A stretch of 64,000 nucleotides of DNA from an uncultured Gammaproteobacteria bacterium (GTDB lineage Bacteria; Pseudomonadota; Gammaproteobacteria; JAURND01). The stretch lies in assembly GCA_963797335.1 (NCBI GenBank), contig CAWCOU010000006.1:1148413-1212412 (forward strand). Direction: 5' to 3'. A program made the translations under genes and the position numbers. Under the pieces are notes generated by a model. The model searched no databases. It saw only the letters and a list, made by a program, of their open reading frames with translations, and had not been told where the DNA came from. Numbering within the stretch: the stretch's first letter is position 1; each line of letters begins with the position of its first letter. Below are positions 19,028 through 29,721 of the stretch, one piece after another.

Positions 19028-19750
19028 ATGGCGACCGCGAAACCTGCCGAAAAAGTATCGCGTAGAAGACGTGGTATACCAGGTATGTTGATCGCGTTAA
19101 GTTTCAATACTTTATTAATGGGTTTACTAGTTTGGTTTTTATTATTAGTCAGTTTTGGGTGTTATCGCCTGACTCATCCAGCTGTGGATGTATATGAGCA
19201 TCTCAAAACCATAGCAAGCCCTAATGTCATTTTTTTACAACAAAGCCGACTGTTTCATCGCGAGAGTCAGCGATGGCAAGGCTGGATTCAGGGCATAAAT
19301 GGGCAAATACAGTCCAGTGGAGAGTCAAGTCTATTGAGCGGGAAAATAAAAGAAATGAAATATAAGTTTCCATATTTACAAAAAATTATTGGGAATCAAT
19401 GGAATAAAGTAAAGCAAGAAACGCTTCCTTTGATTACTGGCGTAACTGCCATCGTTGTTACACGGATTTTAGCATTATGCCTGTCTATCCCGTTATTTTT
19501 GTTGTGTGTGGCTTTAGGTTTTGTGGATGGATTAGTGCAGCGAGACATCAGAAGATTTCAGGTGGCACGTGAGAGCGCGTTGTTGTTTCACGAGTTAAAA
19601 CGAAGCAGTGCTTTCTGGTTTTATCTACCACTGTTTATTTATCTACTGTTGCCGTACCCGCTGTCACCGCAATGGTTCTTAATGCCGATGGCTATTACTT
19701 TAGGAGTCTTGGTTCAGTTGAGTACCAGGTCGTTTAAAAAATACGTATGA
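19028..19750 (+). CDS. ICE integral membrane protein (PFGI-1-class conjugation module)
   Basis: 240 aa, 4-5 TM helices. Translationally coupled to its neighbours. Confidence 0.5.
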   Translation: MATAKPAEKVSRRRRGIPGMLIALSFNTLLMGLLVWFLLLVSFGCYRLTHPAVDVYEHLKTIASPNVIFLQQSRLFHRESQRWQGWIQGINGQIQSSGESSLLSGKIKEMKYKFPYLQKIIGNQWNKVKQETLPLITGVTAIVVTRILALCLSIPLFLLCVALGFVDGLVQRDIRRFQVARESALLFHELKRSSAFWFYLPLFIYLLLPYPLSPQWFLMPMAITLGVLVQLSTRSFKKYV

Positions 19751-19760
19751 GAAACGCATC

Positions 19761-20129
19761 GTGAGCAGATTAAAAAAGATTCTACCGATAGTTTTATTTT
19801 TCATAACCGGTAGCAGTTTGGCTTCTCAAGAGCAAGAACGCATTTATTTGGTGCAATTAATGAACCAGCTGGATGCCATGACGCCTATGGTTTTAGCGGC
19901 CGAGCGAGAACAGCCGAAGAATTTGCGAGTGCAGTTTCATTACAGCACTTGGCGCGACAATAAAGGGCAACTGCATAACGGTTTGCTGGAAGATATTAAT
20001 GACATTAAAGCGGGTATTCGTCAGAAACTCAACGATACCACGATAGAGCCACGTGCAATCAACCCTGTTTTAGGCGATTACCTGGATAAAAATAAATCGG
20101 TATCGGCCACCCATGATGACAACCAATAG
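19761..20129 (+). CDS. RAQPRD-family-like ICE protein (divergent motif EREQPKN)
   Basis: Signal peptide. Pattern L..QL..L....A...Q.....R..F.Y..........L..D...I..GI matches the RAQPRD family. Confidence 0.5.
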   Translation: MSRLKKILPIVLFFITGSSLASQEQERIYLVQLMNQLDAMTPMVLAAEREQPKNLRVQFHYSTWRDNKGQLHNGLLEDINDIKAGIRQKLNDTTIEPRAINPVLGDYLDKNKSVSATHDDNQ

Positions 20130-20355
20130 TGCTTTAGAAGCATTGCAAATTGCTGCCGGAGTATCGCCGGGAAAAGTGAGTTTAACCATACGCACTATTT
20201 TGTTAACTCTGATCTTCGTATGGGCTGCTGCCTGTGTGTACAGCAAAATCCATCACTTTCGTCATCACGATGTGGATATGTTTGATGCACACAGACAATT
20301 GCTGCGAATTTTGTTCATCGTCGCTATTGCCGTTGCTCTAGTATTTATCAGTTAA
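20113..20355 (+). CDS. small 2-TM ICE membrane protein
   Basis: 80 aa. Overlaps the previous gene. Confidence 0.45.
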   Translation: MMTTNSALEALQIAAGVSPGKVSLTIRTILLTLIFVWAAACVYSKIHHFRHHDVDMFDAHRQLLRILFIVAIAVALVFIS

Positions 20356-20374
20356 TTTATTTGGGAGTCAAACT

Positions 20375-20743
20375 ATGTTTAGCCACTATATACAAAAAAT
20401 CAAATACGGATTTTATTTCTTATTGATTAATGTGATGACATCGCCGGTCTGGGCTGATTTACCTAAACCTCCAGATAGCGACATTACTCAGGATGGCACT
20501 ACCGACTGGATTGATGTGGGCGGCCATCTAACCTATAAGACTTTAAGTTATGCGTTAATTGCTTTAGGAGCAATGATTGTTGCCGGCAGCGCCTTCGGTA
20601 TCTTTAAAGCCTATCATGCAGCTCAGGAAAAGCAGGATTTAGGGCATTTTTTCAAACATTCGGCTGTCTCGGTTGCTGCTGCCGCGATCGGCGCGGGTTT
20701 GTTGTTCGCCGGTTATACAATTATCCCACACGTGGACGGCTAA
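20375..20743 (+). CDS. ICE membrane protein, pilin/VirB2-position (signal peptide + 2 TM)
   Basis: 122 aa. AMIVAGSAFGIFKAY...AAAAIGAGLLFAG. Confidence 0.45.
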   Translation: MFSHYIQKIKYGFYFLLINVMTSPVWADLPKPPDSDITQDGTTDWIDVGGHLTYKTLSYALIALGAMIVAGSAFGIFKAYHAAQEKQDLGHFFKHSAVSVAAAAIGAGLLFAGYTIIPHVDG

Positions 20744-20758
20744 GATAGGAATTTCAGA

Positions 20759-21106
20759 ATGTTACTCAATCTGATTAATCACAAAATGCCGATTTACAAA
20801 GATTGTACGCTGTTTGAATTACTGATTGTGAGTTGCGGCTATTTGATTCTAGGCGGCATTTCTTTATCTCTGCTCAGTTGGCTGTTGACAGGTTTTGCAT
20901 CCATTGGCTTTGCGTTGATCTTAATTACCTTGGTTCATAGCACTCGTTTCTTACTTGGTCGCCTGCAACGATTGAAATACGGAAAACCGTATGGATATTA
21001 CCAGCAGCTTTTTCTAAAACAGGTTATGCAGACTTCCTGGCTTGGTTCCCTTTGGAAAACCCGGCTTATTACTCGAACTGGACGCTGGTCAATCAGGAGA
21101 ATGTAA
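20759..21106 (+). CDS. ICE membrane protein, VirB3-position
   Basis: 115 aa, 2 TM. Confidence 0.45.
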   Translation: MLLNLINHKMPIYKDCTLFELLIVSCGYLILGGISLSLLSWLLTGFASIGFALILITLVHSTRFLLGRLQRLKYGKPYGYYQQLFLKQVMQTSWLGSLWKTRLITRTGRWSIRRM

Positions 21107-21733
21107 ATGGCTCTATTTAATGCCTGGAAAAAACAAGATCGTGATTATGCTGTAATTCGAGCGCAGACTGTTTTTATTGGACTGTTGTTTTTGCTCTGCG
21201 CTTTATTTTGCATTGGGTGGATGACAGCACCTTCGCGATTACGTGTTTATATTCCCCCCGACATTTCCAATGGTGCGACCCTTAAAATCAATGAAATACC
21301 CAACCCGCTGATTTACAGCTTTGCTTATGAAGTATGGCAAGAGCTGAATTATTGGCCGGAAGATGGCAGTAAAGACTATACGAAGAATCTACGTATTTTT
21401 TCTGCTTATGTGACGCCCGAGTTTCAATCGCAATTGAATCAAGAATATAACGATTTGCTGGCTGCGGGACAAATTCAGCGGCAACGCTTTATCCAAGGGA
21501 TTGCAGGCAGTGCTTATGATGCCAGCCATGTTAAAAAGCTTAGCAGCAATACATGGGAAGTGGATTTGAAAGTGCGACTCATGGAATACAAGAACAATCA
21601 GTTGGTCAAAGATACGGAGATCCTCTATCCCTTGCTGGTCACACGCCACGATGTCTCCAATAGTTTAAACCCTTATGGATTAGCTATTGCAGGATTTATC
21701 ACGCCGCCGCAACGCCTGAAGACTTATATTTAA
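21107..21733 (+). CDS. ICE protein with N-terminal TM anchor (VirB8-position)
   Basis: 208 aa. Start overlaps the previous stop. Confidence 0.45.
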   Translation: MALFNAWKKQDRDYAVIRAQTVFIGLLFLLCALFCIGWMTAPSRLRVYIPPDISNGATLKINEIPNPLIYSFAYEVWQELNYWPEDGSKDYTKNLRIFSAYVTPEFQSQLNQEYNDLLAAGQIQRQRFIQGIAGSAYDASHVKKLSSNTWEVDLKVRLMEYKNNQLVKDTEILYPLLVTRHDVSNSLNPYGLAIAGFITPPQRLKTYI

Positions 21734-21746
21734 AGGAGATGCTGAC

Positions 21747-22646
21747 ATGAAACCTATTTATCTGGCACTTCTTCTACCATTAACCCTGACGCAGACTGCC
21801 CAAGCTGAGCCGTTGCCACTATCCGCATTACCGTTATCTACCGAGCAGATTGCCGCATTACGTGCCGTACAGACTGAAGATATTACCGAAGGACAGCTAA
21901 CCTGGAGAGGTGATCCCTTATCTATTGCTCTGCCGCTGGGGAAAGAAAAAAGAGTGATTTTCCCCGAACCTGTAGAAGTCGATATCAATGGTAAGCTGAC
22001 CACCGATCAATTGCGCATTATCAATAACGATCAGAACTTATACCTCACCGCACAATCCGGTTTTCCTAAAACCCGTGTGTACGTCACATTAAAAAAGTCG
22101 CAGCAAATTATTTTGTTGGATTTACTGACGGCAGATGTCGGTAATAACATCACTCAGAAAATCGTCATATCCGACAAAAAAGTAAGCCCACCTATTGCAG
22201 AGGCTAAAAATAATTCGGCAGATTCCAGCAGTGAAGAAAAAATAATGTCGGCTGATGCGTATGTCACTGCAACCCGTTTTGCCTGGCAACAGCTATATGC
22301 TCCGCAACGCTTACTGAATTCAGATTCGGGATTCACGCGAACGCCCATGCGCAGTGAATTTTGGACGCCGGAACTAGTCTATGGCGATAAGGTTTTAGCG
22401 CATCCACAAGCCTCTTGGCAATTGGACGGGCTGTATGTCACAGCCGTGGAATTACGCAATAAATATTCGCACACGGCAACGGTGAGCCTATCGCACGATC
22501 TTTGTGGCAATTGGCAAGCCGCAACCTTATATCCAAATCGTCATTTAAAACCAATGGGGGAAAAATCGGGGGATGCTACCACTTTATTTTTAATATCGAC
22601 CCAACCCTTTGGTCAGGCAATGGAGGTCTGTCATGGCGGCACATAA
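21747..22646 (+). CDS. secreted ICE protein, VirB9-position
   Basis: Signal peptide LLLPLTLTQTAQA. 299 aa. Confidence 0.5.
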   Translation: MKPIYLALLLPLTLTQTAQAEPLPLSALPLSTEQIAALRAVQTEDITEGQLTWRGDPLSIALPLGKEKRVIFPEPVEVDINGKLTTDQLRIINNDQNLYLTAQSGFPKTRVYVTLKKSQQIILLDLLTADVGNNITQKIVISDKKVSPPIAEAKNNSADSSSEEKIMSADAYVTATRFAWQQLYAPQRLLNSDSGFTRTPMRSEFWTPELVYGDKVLAHPQASWQLDGLYVTAVELRNKYSHTATVSLSHDLCGNWQAATLYPNRHLKPMGEKSGDATTLFLISTQPFGQAMEVCHGGT

Positions 22647-23910
22647 AACGAATGGCTTGCTTAAATTTGTACTGATTCCAGTTATTGCTCTGGTTATTGT
22701 CGTTGTTTTATCAATGGCGCATGGTGGTAAAGGAAAAGAAGCCACTGCCTCACTCAATACCAACCCTAAAAACGCCAAAAATACGGCGTCTAAGGATAGT
22801 GCAGCAGAGTCTCTAGATACCCTGACCGCACAATTGTCAGCCACCCAACAACAAGTCAATACCGTAGCGAAAAACAATGCAGACCTCCAACAGCAGAATC
22901 AACAATTACTGGCACAACTGCAAAGCAAAAAGGAGAAAGAAAACGGCGATCTATCGCAGCAGTTGGCTGAACTCAAAGCACATGTTCAAACGCTTGATAA
23001 AACCGATGTCAACCATCTACCCGTCAATACGGAAAATGTCTCACAGCCGATTACCTCAGTGCCAGAATTAGCTGATACGTTAGGCGACCCTAAAGAGCGC
23101 GCCAAGCATATACAAGATAAAGAGGTGACGGCGGATGAGAAAAAACCGACACCCATTCCTTTTTATACTATCCCCGCCAATGCGACGGCAGTGGAAGACA
23201 GGCTCATGACACCACTAGTCGGTCGGATTCCAGTGAAGGGTGTAGTAACCGATCCGTACCCATTCAAGATCGTCTTTTCGGATAACACCCTTGCCGCCAA
23301 TGGGTGGCGTGTTCCTAATTTGCGACAGATGATTGTCAGTGGCTACACCGAAGGTGACTTAAATCTAGTTAGCACCCGCGGTTGGGTCACTTCATTAACG
23401 TTCGTGTTTGCCGACGGTACAATCTCAACTACCTCATCGAATGACAACAACATTGGAAAATACAGCAAAGACAATGCGTTGGGATATCTATCTGATGAAC
23501 GTGGCAATCCCGCTATTCGTGGCAAACTTATTACGAACGCACCCACTTATTTAGGCGTCAATATTGCCTTGGGTGCAGCACAAGGAGCAGCCAATGCTTA
23601 CGCGCAATCTCAGACTACTAACAGCAGTACGATAGTCGGTACTAATACTTCCAGCGTCACCGGCTCACCAGGTGCGTATGTCGCCGGTCAAGCGATGGGC
23701 AATGCCGCCGGTCAAGTACAGCAATGGTGGCACGACCGCCAAGAAAACAGTTTTGACGCCGTTTTCGTATCTACTGTTAAAGAAAACGGCGAACCACAGA
23801 TGATCGTGGTGAACTTTGCCAAACAAATCCAAATTGATTATGACCCTAACGGAAGGAAAATCGTTTATGCGCATTCCAGTGATTCTCGTGTTTCTATGCA
23901 CCTTGATTAG
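22633..23910 (+). CDS. ICE protein with N-terminal TM and coiled coil, VirB10-position
   Basis: MAAHKTNGLLKFVLIPVIALVIVVVL. Q/L-rich coiled coil. ATG at 22633 follows TGGAGG. The track TTG start 22609 is less likely. Confidence 0.5.
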   Translation: MAAHKTNGLLKFVLIPVIALVIVVVLSMAHGGKGKEATASLNTNPKNAKNTASKDSAAESLDTLTAQLSATQQQVNTVAKNNADLQQQNQQLLAQLQSKKEKENGDLSQQLAELKAHVQTLDKTDVNHLPVNTENVSQPITSVPELADTLGDPKERAKHIQDKEVTADEKKPTPIPFYTIPANATAVEDRLMTPLVGRIPVKGVVTDPYPFKIVFSDNTLAANGWRVPNLRQMIVSGYTEGDLNLVSTRGWVTSLTFVFADGTISTTSSNDNNIGKYSKDNALGYLSDERGNPAIRGKLITNAPTYLGVNIALGAAQGAANAYAQSQTTNSSTIVGTNTSSVTGSPGAYVAGQAMGNAAGQVQQWWHDRQENSFDAVFVSTVKENGEPQMIVVNFAKQIQIDYDPNGRKIVYAHSSDSRVSMHLD

Positions 23911-24325
23911 TCTGATCGGCTGTAGTTCCATGCGTGGCAATGTCGTGCCGCAAACCGGTCCCTCTATGGAGCAGGTATATGACGGTATGGGTGTTGATTC
24001 CTCGGGAACAAATCCTTCTAAAATGCCTAATTCACCGCAAGCTCTCGGTGATAACTCTACCGATCAGGGAGGAGAAGCGGACATAGCCGCAATCAGACAA
24101 ACCGTCAATACCGTAAATAATTCGGGTGTAAGAAAGACGAGTACTGCTGTTGAAACAAATACGTTTCGCAAATTACCCAACCCGGAATTAACCCTATTTG
24201 TCTATCCACACCTGGCAGGGAATGCGGAAGTTCCAATTCCCGGTTATGCAACGGTATTTAATGCCTATGACCGTGACCACTATGCGTTACCCCAGGAAAC
24301 AGTACGAGATACGCGAGATAAATGA
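23867..24325 (+). CDS. conjugal-transfer-region lipoprotein
   Basis: MRIPVILVFLCTLISLIGC: lipobox LIGC. Internal ATG at 23867 follows AGGAA. The track start 23816 would lack a signal peptide. Confidence 0.55.
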   Translation: MRIPVILVFLCTLISLIGCSSMRGNVVPQTGPSMEQVYDGMGVDSSGTNPSKMPNSPQALGDNSTDQGGEADIAAIRQTVNTVNNSGVRKTSTAVETNTFRKLPNPELTLFVYPHLAGNAEVPIPGYATVFNAYDRDHYALPQETVRDTRDK

Positions 24326-27075
24326 TGTTTGGATTAGGACGACACAAGAAATCAGCTATTGCACCGGTCGTTAAAACCGGTGACATTCAGCGCGGCTACC
24401 AAAAGCGACCTTCACTTGCCAGTTATTTACCGTGGCGTGATTATAATGAAGAACACAAAGTGTTTTTATTGGAAGACAATCAAAGCCTGGCCGTCGGTTT
24501 TCAGCTAACGCCAATTGCCTGTGAAGCACGCCCAGAAGTGATGATGGAGGCCATTGCGAAATCACTACAGGATGCGTTGCAAAATGCCGTTCCCTGTGAA
24601 AAAGGCAATCCCTGGATTCTGCAATTTTTTGTGCAGCGGCAACAAAACTTATCCGGTGTATTGGAAAAAATCAAACAAACCATACCGGAAGAGCGGCATT
24701 CTGAACCATTGGTACAGGCACATTTACAGACTATGCAAGAACATTTGGATTACGTAACACGTCCCGGCGGTATTTTTTTCGACCGCCAGGTCACGCAGCA
24801 AGTATTCCGTGGCGGTGTTATTCACATCTATGCCGTACTGTATCGGCGAGAGATTCAAAATAAAGAACATCAAACACGCCGCAGCCGATTGGAAGAAATC
24901 CAGCATATTGCACGTAAACTGGCCGATCAATGGCGTGCCTGCGGTTTGGGCGTCAAGCGAATGAGTGGCGAGATGTTTTACCGCTGGATGGTGCCTTGGT
25001 TTAATCCGCAAGCTCAGTCCAACGTAATTTTTCCTAAAGACGATGAAAAACCCTTCGGCTGGGATTTATCAGAGCAATTGTTTTTTTCTGCTCCTGAATC
25101 GGTGGAAGAAGGCTGGCTGTTTAACGACCAACCCCATAAAGTCATCACTATTCAAAACCTATCCAGTCAACCGGCTATCGGACATATAACTGCCGAGCGT
25201 AAAAAAGGTACGGATGATAAATTATTTTGCTTAATCGATCAGTTGCCAGAAGACAGCGTGTTCTCCATGAGCATCGTGTTCCAAGCGCAAAGCGAAGTCG
25301 ATCTGCATCTGAAAATCATTCATGACAGCGCGGTGGGCAGACATGCCCTAGCCATGAAAGTTAAGGGCGAAGTGGAAATTGCGCAGCAAGCTATTGCCGA
25401 TGGCGATTATCTCCTACCTGTAGTAATGGCCGTGTATATCAAAGGTGAAAACTTTGAGCAACTGCGCGCTCATGAGGCTCAGGTAGAAGTATTACTCAAT
25501 AGCAATGGTTTTAAAGTGATAACGGATGACGAACTCTACCCCGTTGATGCCTACCTTCGTTATCTGCCGATGTCTTATGATTTTCATTTCGATAAGAAAA
25601 ATACCTATCGATCACGTTATGTATTGTTGAGTGATATTGCCAAACTGTTACCAGTTTATGGCCGCAGTCGAGGTACGGAAAATCCCGGCATGTTGATGTT
25701 TAATCGCGGCGGTGAACCCTGGTTCTATGACATCATTGCTGACAGAACCAAAAACGCACATTTGCTGCTGTTGGGAGAAACCGGAACCGGCAAATCCAAT
25801 ACGCTGAACTTCCTTTTGATGCACACCTTGGCCTTGTATAACCCACGCCTGTTTATCATCGACGCAGGTGGTTCATTTGATCTATTGGCGGATTACTGTC
25901 ACAGCTTGGGCTTAAGCATTAACAAAGTCAAAATCGATCCCAAAAAACCCATTCCCTTAAATCCCTTTGCCGATGGCCTGAAAGTATTAGATCAATTAGC
26001 TGCATTAGATATCTCTCAACGTCAACAATGGTTGCAAAAAGAAGACCAAAAAATCGAAGAAGAGTTGACGCAAAGTTTAAAAGATCATTCCGCAACGGAA
26101 ATCGACGATGAGAGTCGAGACATCCTGGGCGATATGGTGTTGGCCGCATTAGTGATGATTACCGGCGGTGAAAAAAAAGAAGAAGAACGCATCCGTCGCA
26201 GTGATCGTATGTTGATTATGGATGCCATCATTCTGGCTGCTGAAATGGTTAAAAAAGCAGGCAAAACACAAATGATTGCCAGCGACATCGTCGCTGCTTT
26301 TGAAGAGTTAATCTTAAAGATGGAGCCTCACCGTGATGCCGATAAAATCCGACGCGGCCGTGAAATGGCAGACAGTTTACGCTATTTTATTAGAGATCCG
26401 GTTAGCAGCCAATTCTTTAACACAGTCGGTAATCCTTGGCCAACCTGCGACATCACCGTCGTGGATTTTGGTTTATTCGCCCAAGAAGGATACGAAGCGC
26501 AACGTTCGATAGCCTTCTGCGGTGTCTTCAATAAAATCCAAACACTCGCTGAAGCCGGTCAATACGGCAATCGGCAATTGATATCCGTGTTAGATGAAAA
26601 CCACATATTCAGCAAATTACCGCTATTGGCAGCAATGGAAACCCGCGGTGCCAAAATGGGCAGAAAGCTGGGTTGGTGGTTATGGGTCGCCACTCAAAAT
26701 ATTGGAGATTTCGCAGAAGAAGCCCGCAAAATGCTGTCGCTGATGGAAACCTGGATATGCCTTGCCGTTTCACCCGATGAAATCCAACAGGTCATGCGCT
26801 TTAAACCGCTAAGCAGTGAAGAACAAGCTCTGTTTTCTTCTGCTCGAAAAGAAAAAGGCAAATATACCGACGGTGTTCTATTAGCTCCTCGCACACAGGC
26901 ACTATTCCGTAACGTCCCACCCCGGCTTTATCTGGCGATGGCTGCTACGGAGCAGTATGAAAAACATGCGCGTCGCCAATTGATGCAGCAATTGCACTTA
27001 ACTGAATTAGAAGTACTTAAACACCAAGCCGCACAAATGATGCAACGACCAACGGAAGAGTATATCGATGTCTAA
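24322..27075 (+). CDS. traC: VirB4/TraC-like conjugative transfer ATPase (PFGI-1/ICEHin1056 GI-T4SS class)
   Basis: 917 aa. Walker A LLLLGETGTGKSNTL. Size and context match the TraC-like ATPase of this ICE class. Confidence 0.85.
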   Translation: MMFGLGRHKKSAIAPVVKTGDIQRGYQKRPSLASYLPWRDYNEEHKVFLLEDNQSLAVGFQLTPIACEARPEVMMEAIAKSLQDALQNAVPCEKGNPWILQFFVQRQQNLSGVLEKIKQTIPEERHSEPLVQAHLQTMQEHLDYVTRPGGIFFDRQVTQQVFRGGVIHIYAVLYRREIQNKEHQTRRSRLEEIQHIARKLADQWRACGLGVKRMSGEMFYRWMVPWFNPQAQSNVIFPKDDEKPFGWDLSEQLFFSAPESVEEGWLFNDQPHKVITIQNLSSQPAIGHITAERKKGTDDKLFCLIDQLPEDSVFSMSIVFQAQSEVDLHLKIIHDSAVGRHALAMKVKGEVEIAQQAIADGDYLLPVVMAVYIKGENFEQLRAHEAQVEVLLNSNGFKVITDDELYPVDAYLRYLPMSYDFHFDKKNTYRSRYVLLSDIAKLLPVYGRSRGTENPGMLMFNRGGEPWFYDIIADRTKNAHLLLLGETGTGKSNTLNFLLMHTLALYNPRLFIIDAGGSFDLLADYCHSLGLSINKVKIDPKKPIPLNPFADGLKVLDQLAALDISQRQQWLQKEDQKIEEELTQSLKDHSATEIDDESRDILGDMVLAALVMITGGEKKEEERIRRSDRMLIMDAIILAAEMVKKAGKTQMIASDIVAAFEELILKMEPHRDADKIRRGREMADSLRYFIRDPVSSQFFNTVGNPWPTCDITVVDFGLFAQEGYEAQRSIAFCGVFNKIQTLAEAGQYGNRQLISVLDENHIFSKLPLLAAMETRGAKMGRKLGWWLWVATQNIGDFAEEARKMLSLMETWICLAVSPDEIQQVMRFKPLSSEEQALFSSARKEKGKYTDGVLLAPRTQALFRNVPPRLYLAMAATEQYEKHARRQLMQQLHLTELEVLKHQAAQMMQRPTEEYIDV

Positions 27076-28045
27076 ACTTCGGCTTTTCATTTTATTTTTC
27101 TGTATCTCTCTCAGTGCATCCGCCAACAATACCAATACGGCTCTTATTACCGAAAGTACATTGGCTGCGCTGCCAAATTGCCTACACTATCAGATAAAAG
27201 GCGTGTGTTACTGGTTGACTGACACCGGAGCAACCATCACAACACCTTACGTAAGCCATTACTTGCCGGATGTGGTGGTCAGTGTCTTCAACCCGCTCAC
27301 TGACAAAAATGGCGGAAATGCTTGGCTGGAAATGGACGATACCATCGACCAGGCTGGTAAAGTTGCCGAGCAGGAAATTATCGCAGCTTTAGCACACGTT
27401 AAGGCAGGTGGCGGTCAACATGGGTTTGAAAATCCGTTACAACAAAATGTGTACTTTAAAGAAGTTGATATCGTGGGCAACTCCGCGCTGCTGCTTCTGC
27501 CCACTACACCAGCATTATTACCTTCAACCGCAGATCCTCTCAAGCCTTACTTTCAATCCATGCTTGATAGTGCTTTGTGGCGTGGATTTCCTCCCCAGGC
27601 GGAACCGGAACAAGCAGCCGCACTTACGACAGATATCACCCATTTTATCGGCAGCAACGGCGGAGCTGTCAATTGGGGTGGTGCTTATCCTTTTGAAGGA
27701 AAGGTCGAAACTACCAACGATGCTAAAGCCGCAGCAGTCATTGCACAGCGTGCCGGTATTCTGCTGACAGCTCAAAATTCCTGGGCGCATATTTATCAAT
27801 CTTTATCCACAAAATGTGGGCAAGAGTGTGATGCCGCTGTAATCCAAGAAGATAATGAAAATACACAATTTCAATTGGTGTATCCCATCCAACAATCCAG
27901 TTGCCAGGTATTTGGAAAAATCAGCAGTTACGGTGAGGACTTTGAGCAAAATGCGCAAGGAAGCTATGTCTGGGTGTTATGGCGGCATTATCAAGGCTGT
28001 ATTCAAGGTTCAGGAATTTATACTGGAAAAATAGTAATAAATTAG
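27068..28045 (+). CDS. secreted ICE conjugation protein
   Basis: Signal peptide LFILFFCISLSASA. Overlaps the traC stop. Confidence 0.5.
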   Translation: MSKLRLFILFFCISLSASANNTNTALITESTLAALPNCLHYQIKGVCYWLTDTGATITTPYVSHYLPDVVVSVFNPLTDKNGGNAWLEMDDTIDQAGKVAEQEIIAALAHVKAGGGQHGFENPLQQNVYFKEVDIVGNSALLLLPTTPALLPSTADPLKPYFQSMLDSALWRGFPPQAEPEQAAALTTDITHFIGSNGGAVNWGGAYPFEGKVETTNDAKAAAVIAQRAGILLTAQNSWAHIYQSLSTKCGQECDAAVIQEDNENTQFQLVYPIQQSSCQVFGKISSYGEDFEQNAQGSYVWVLWRHYQGCIQGSGIYTGKIVIN

Positions 28046-28278
28046 GGCAAGAAGCTTATACCTGCCCATATAAAATTCACCACTTTTGTTCTGAAGATTA
28101 TTGATACATTTGAATTTAACTATTTTTACAATAGATTTTGGCTTTCATGATTACGAGAATCATAAACGTCAACGAATATCACGAAATCCTTTTTCTGAAT
28201 TTATCGTCGATTTATTGCGGATTATTTTAGCGCAATATTTTATTGCACAAAAATGTTATCAAAATAGTGAACCAAATT

Positions 28279-29721
28279 ATGTCAATTCTATTATGTCGAT
28301 ATAAAGTTTCACCCTTTTTATTAGCGGGATTATTAATCGCTTTTAATGTTAACGTTTCAGCTTCTCCGATCATTCCCACCGGCAATAATGATAATGCACT
28401 TTATTACAAAATTGGCGGAGCCAGTGATTATGCACTTCCACCGGTACTGGATACGGCTGTCATCAATCTGGCGGCTGGAGCTGATCTAGGTCTTGGCAAT
28501 CAATGCGGTATGTTCAATCCCGCCGTGTCCATTCAAAATACGTTGAATCATCTGCAAGACAGTGTGAATAATTTAGAGCAAACCATTATTACCAGTGCCA
28601 CCGGCAGCATTGCCGAAATGCCAATGTATTTCTTAGCTCAGGCCAATCCCACCCTGTACAACTTACTGAACAATGCCTTAGCAGGTGCTCATGCTCAGAT
28701 CGACGCCTCCATGAAATCCTGCCAAACAGTCAAAGACCAGATCGCTCAAGGGAAAAACCCATACCAAGATTGGGGAACAATTTCTGTTGGCGACCTCTGG
28801 AAGCAGCATTTATCTCTTACTGCTACAGGTGATGAAGATATCAACACTGCAAATTCGGAGATTACAGAAAACGCCGGTGACAATGGCGTTGCATGGGTGC
28901 AAGGAAAAGCTGGCAGTGACGGCACTTTACGAGCCGGTGGACAATCTCAACCGCCTATCCATGTGGTGGGAGATACGATAAAAGCTGGTTATAACGCCAT
29001 GCTCAACCGAGATCTCACTTCCGACGCAACTGCACCTACTAATAGCGGATTGTCGAGTCAGTTTGCTTCACCCCAGGATGCGGTTAACTGGATTACTAAT
29101 GTGTTAGGCGATCAAGTCGTGACGACCTGCAAAGACAGTAGTTGCAAACAGGCACAGGGTGGAACGGCAGGCAGAGGGTTGTTGCCGTGGGCAACGTCCT
29201 GTAATGCGCAAAATAATAATGATTGTGTGGATACCTTGCGGAATAAATTACAAGCACTGGTTTCAGGTAGTACGCCTATAAGCAAAGATAACTTAACTGC
29301 CGTTTCAGCAGATGACTTGGTTGTCAGTCCGCAGATCATCAATGTGCTACAGAGTATGGATGCCAGTCAGCAAGGAATATTTATCAACAAATTGGCGCAG
29401 GAAGTGGCAATCCAACGTTTAATGAATAAAGCATTGACAGCACGTGATTTGCTACAGACGGGCAGTCAAGTCCCTGTCGTTGCTACCAATGACCCAGCAC
29501 AAAAACTGCTGCAACAAGCTCGTGCCAACCTGGACAAAAATATAGAATCCATTGCATTTACCTCTCAAATACGTAAGCAAATGATGTCGGATACCTTGTC
29601 TAACATCATTGATTATGCCAATTCACAACAACAGCAAGCTTTCGATGTCAGTAAAGTCAATCAATCACAACCTGTCATTCAGAACGGTGCAATTCCAAGT
29701 ACAAGCGGAGCGCATAAATGA
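28279..29721 (+). CDS. secreted ICE conjugation protein (480 aa)
   Basis: Signal peptide MSILLCRYKVSPFLLAGLLIAFNVNVSA starts at the internal ATG at 28279. Track start 28243. Confidence 0.5.
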   Translation: MSILLCRYKVSPFLLAGLLIAFNVNVSASPIIPTGNNDNALYYKIGGASDYALPPVLDTAVINLAAGADLGLGNQCGMFNPAVSIQNTLNHLQDSVNNLEQTIITSATGSIAEMPMYFLAQANPTLYNLLNNALAGAHAQIDASMKSCQTVKDQIAQGKNPYQDWGTISVGDLWKQHLSLTATGDEDINTANSEITENAGDNGVAWVQGKAGSDGTLRAGGQSQPPIHVVGDTIKAGYNAMLNRDLTSDATAPTNSGLSSQFASPQDAVNWITNVLGDQVVTTCKDSSCKQAQGGTAGRGLLPWATSCNAQNNNDCVDTLRNKLQALVSGSTPISKDNLTAVSADDLVVSPQIINVLQSMDASQQGIFINKLAQEVAIQRLMNKALTARDLLQTGSQVPVVATNDPAQKLLQQARANLDKNIESIAFTSQIRKQMMSDTLSNIIDYANSQQQQAFDVSKVNQSQPVIQNGAIPSTSGAHK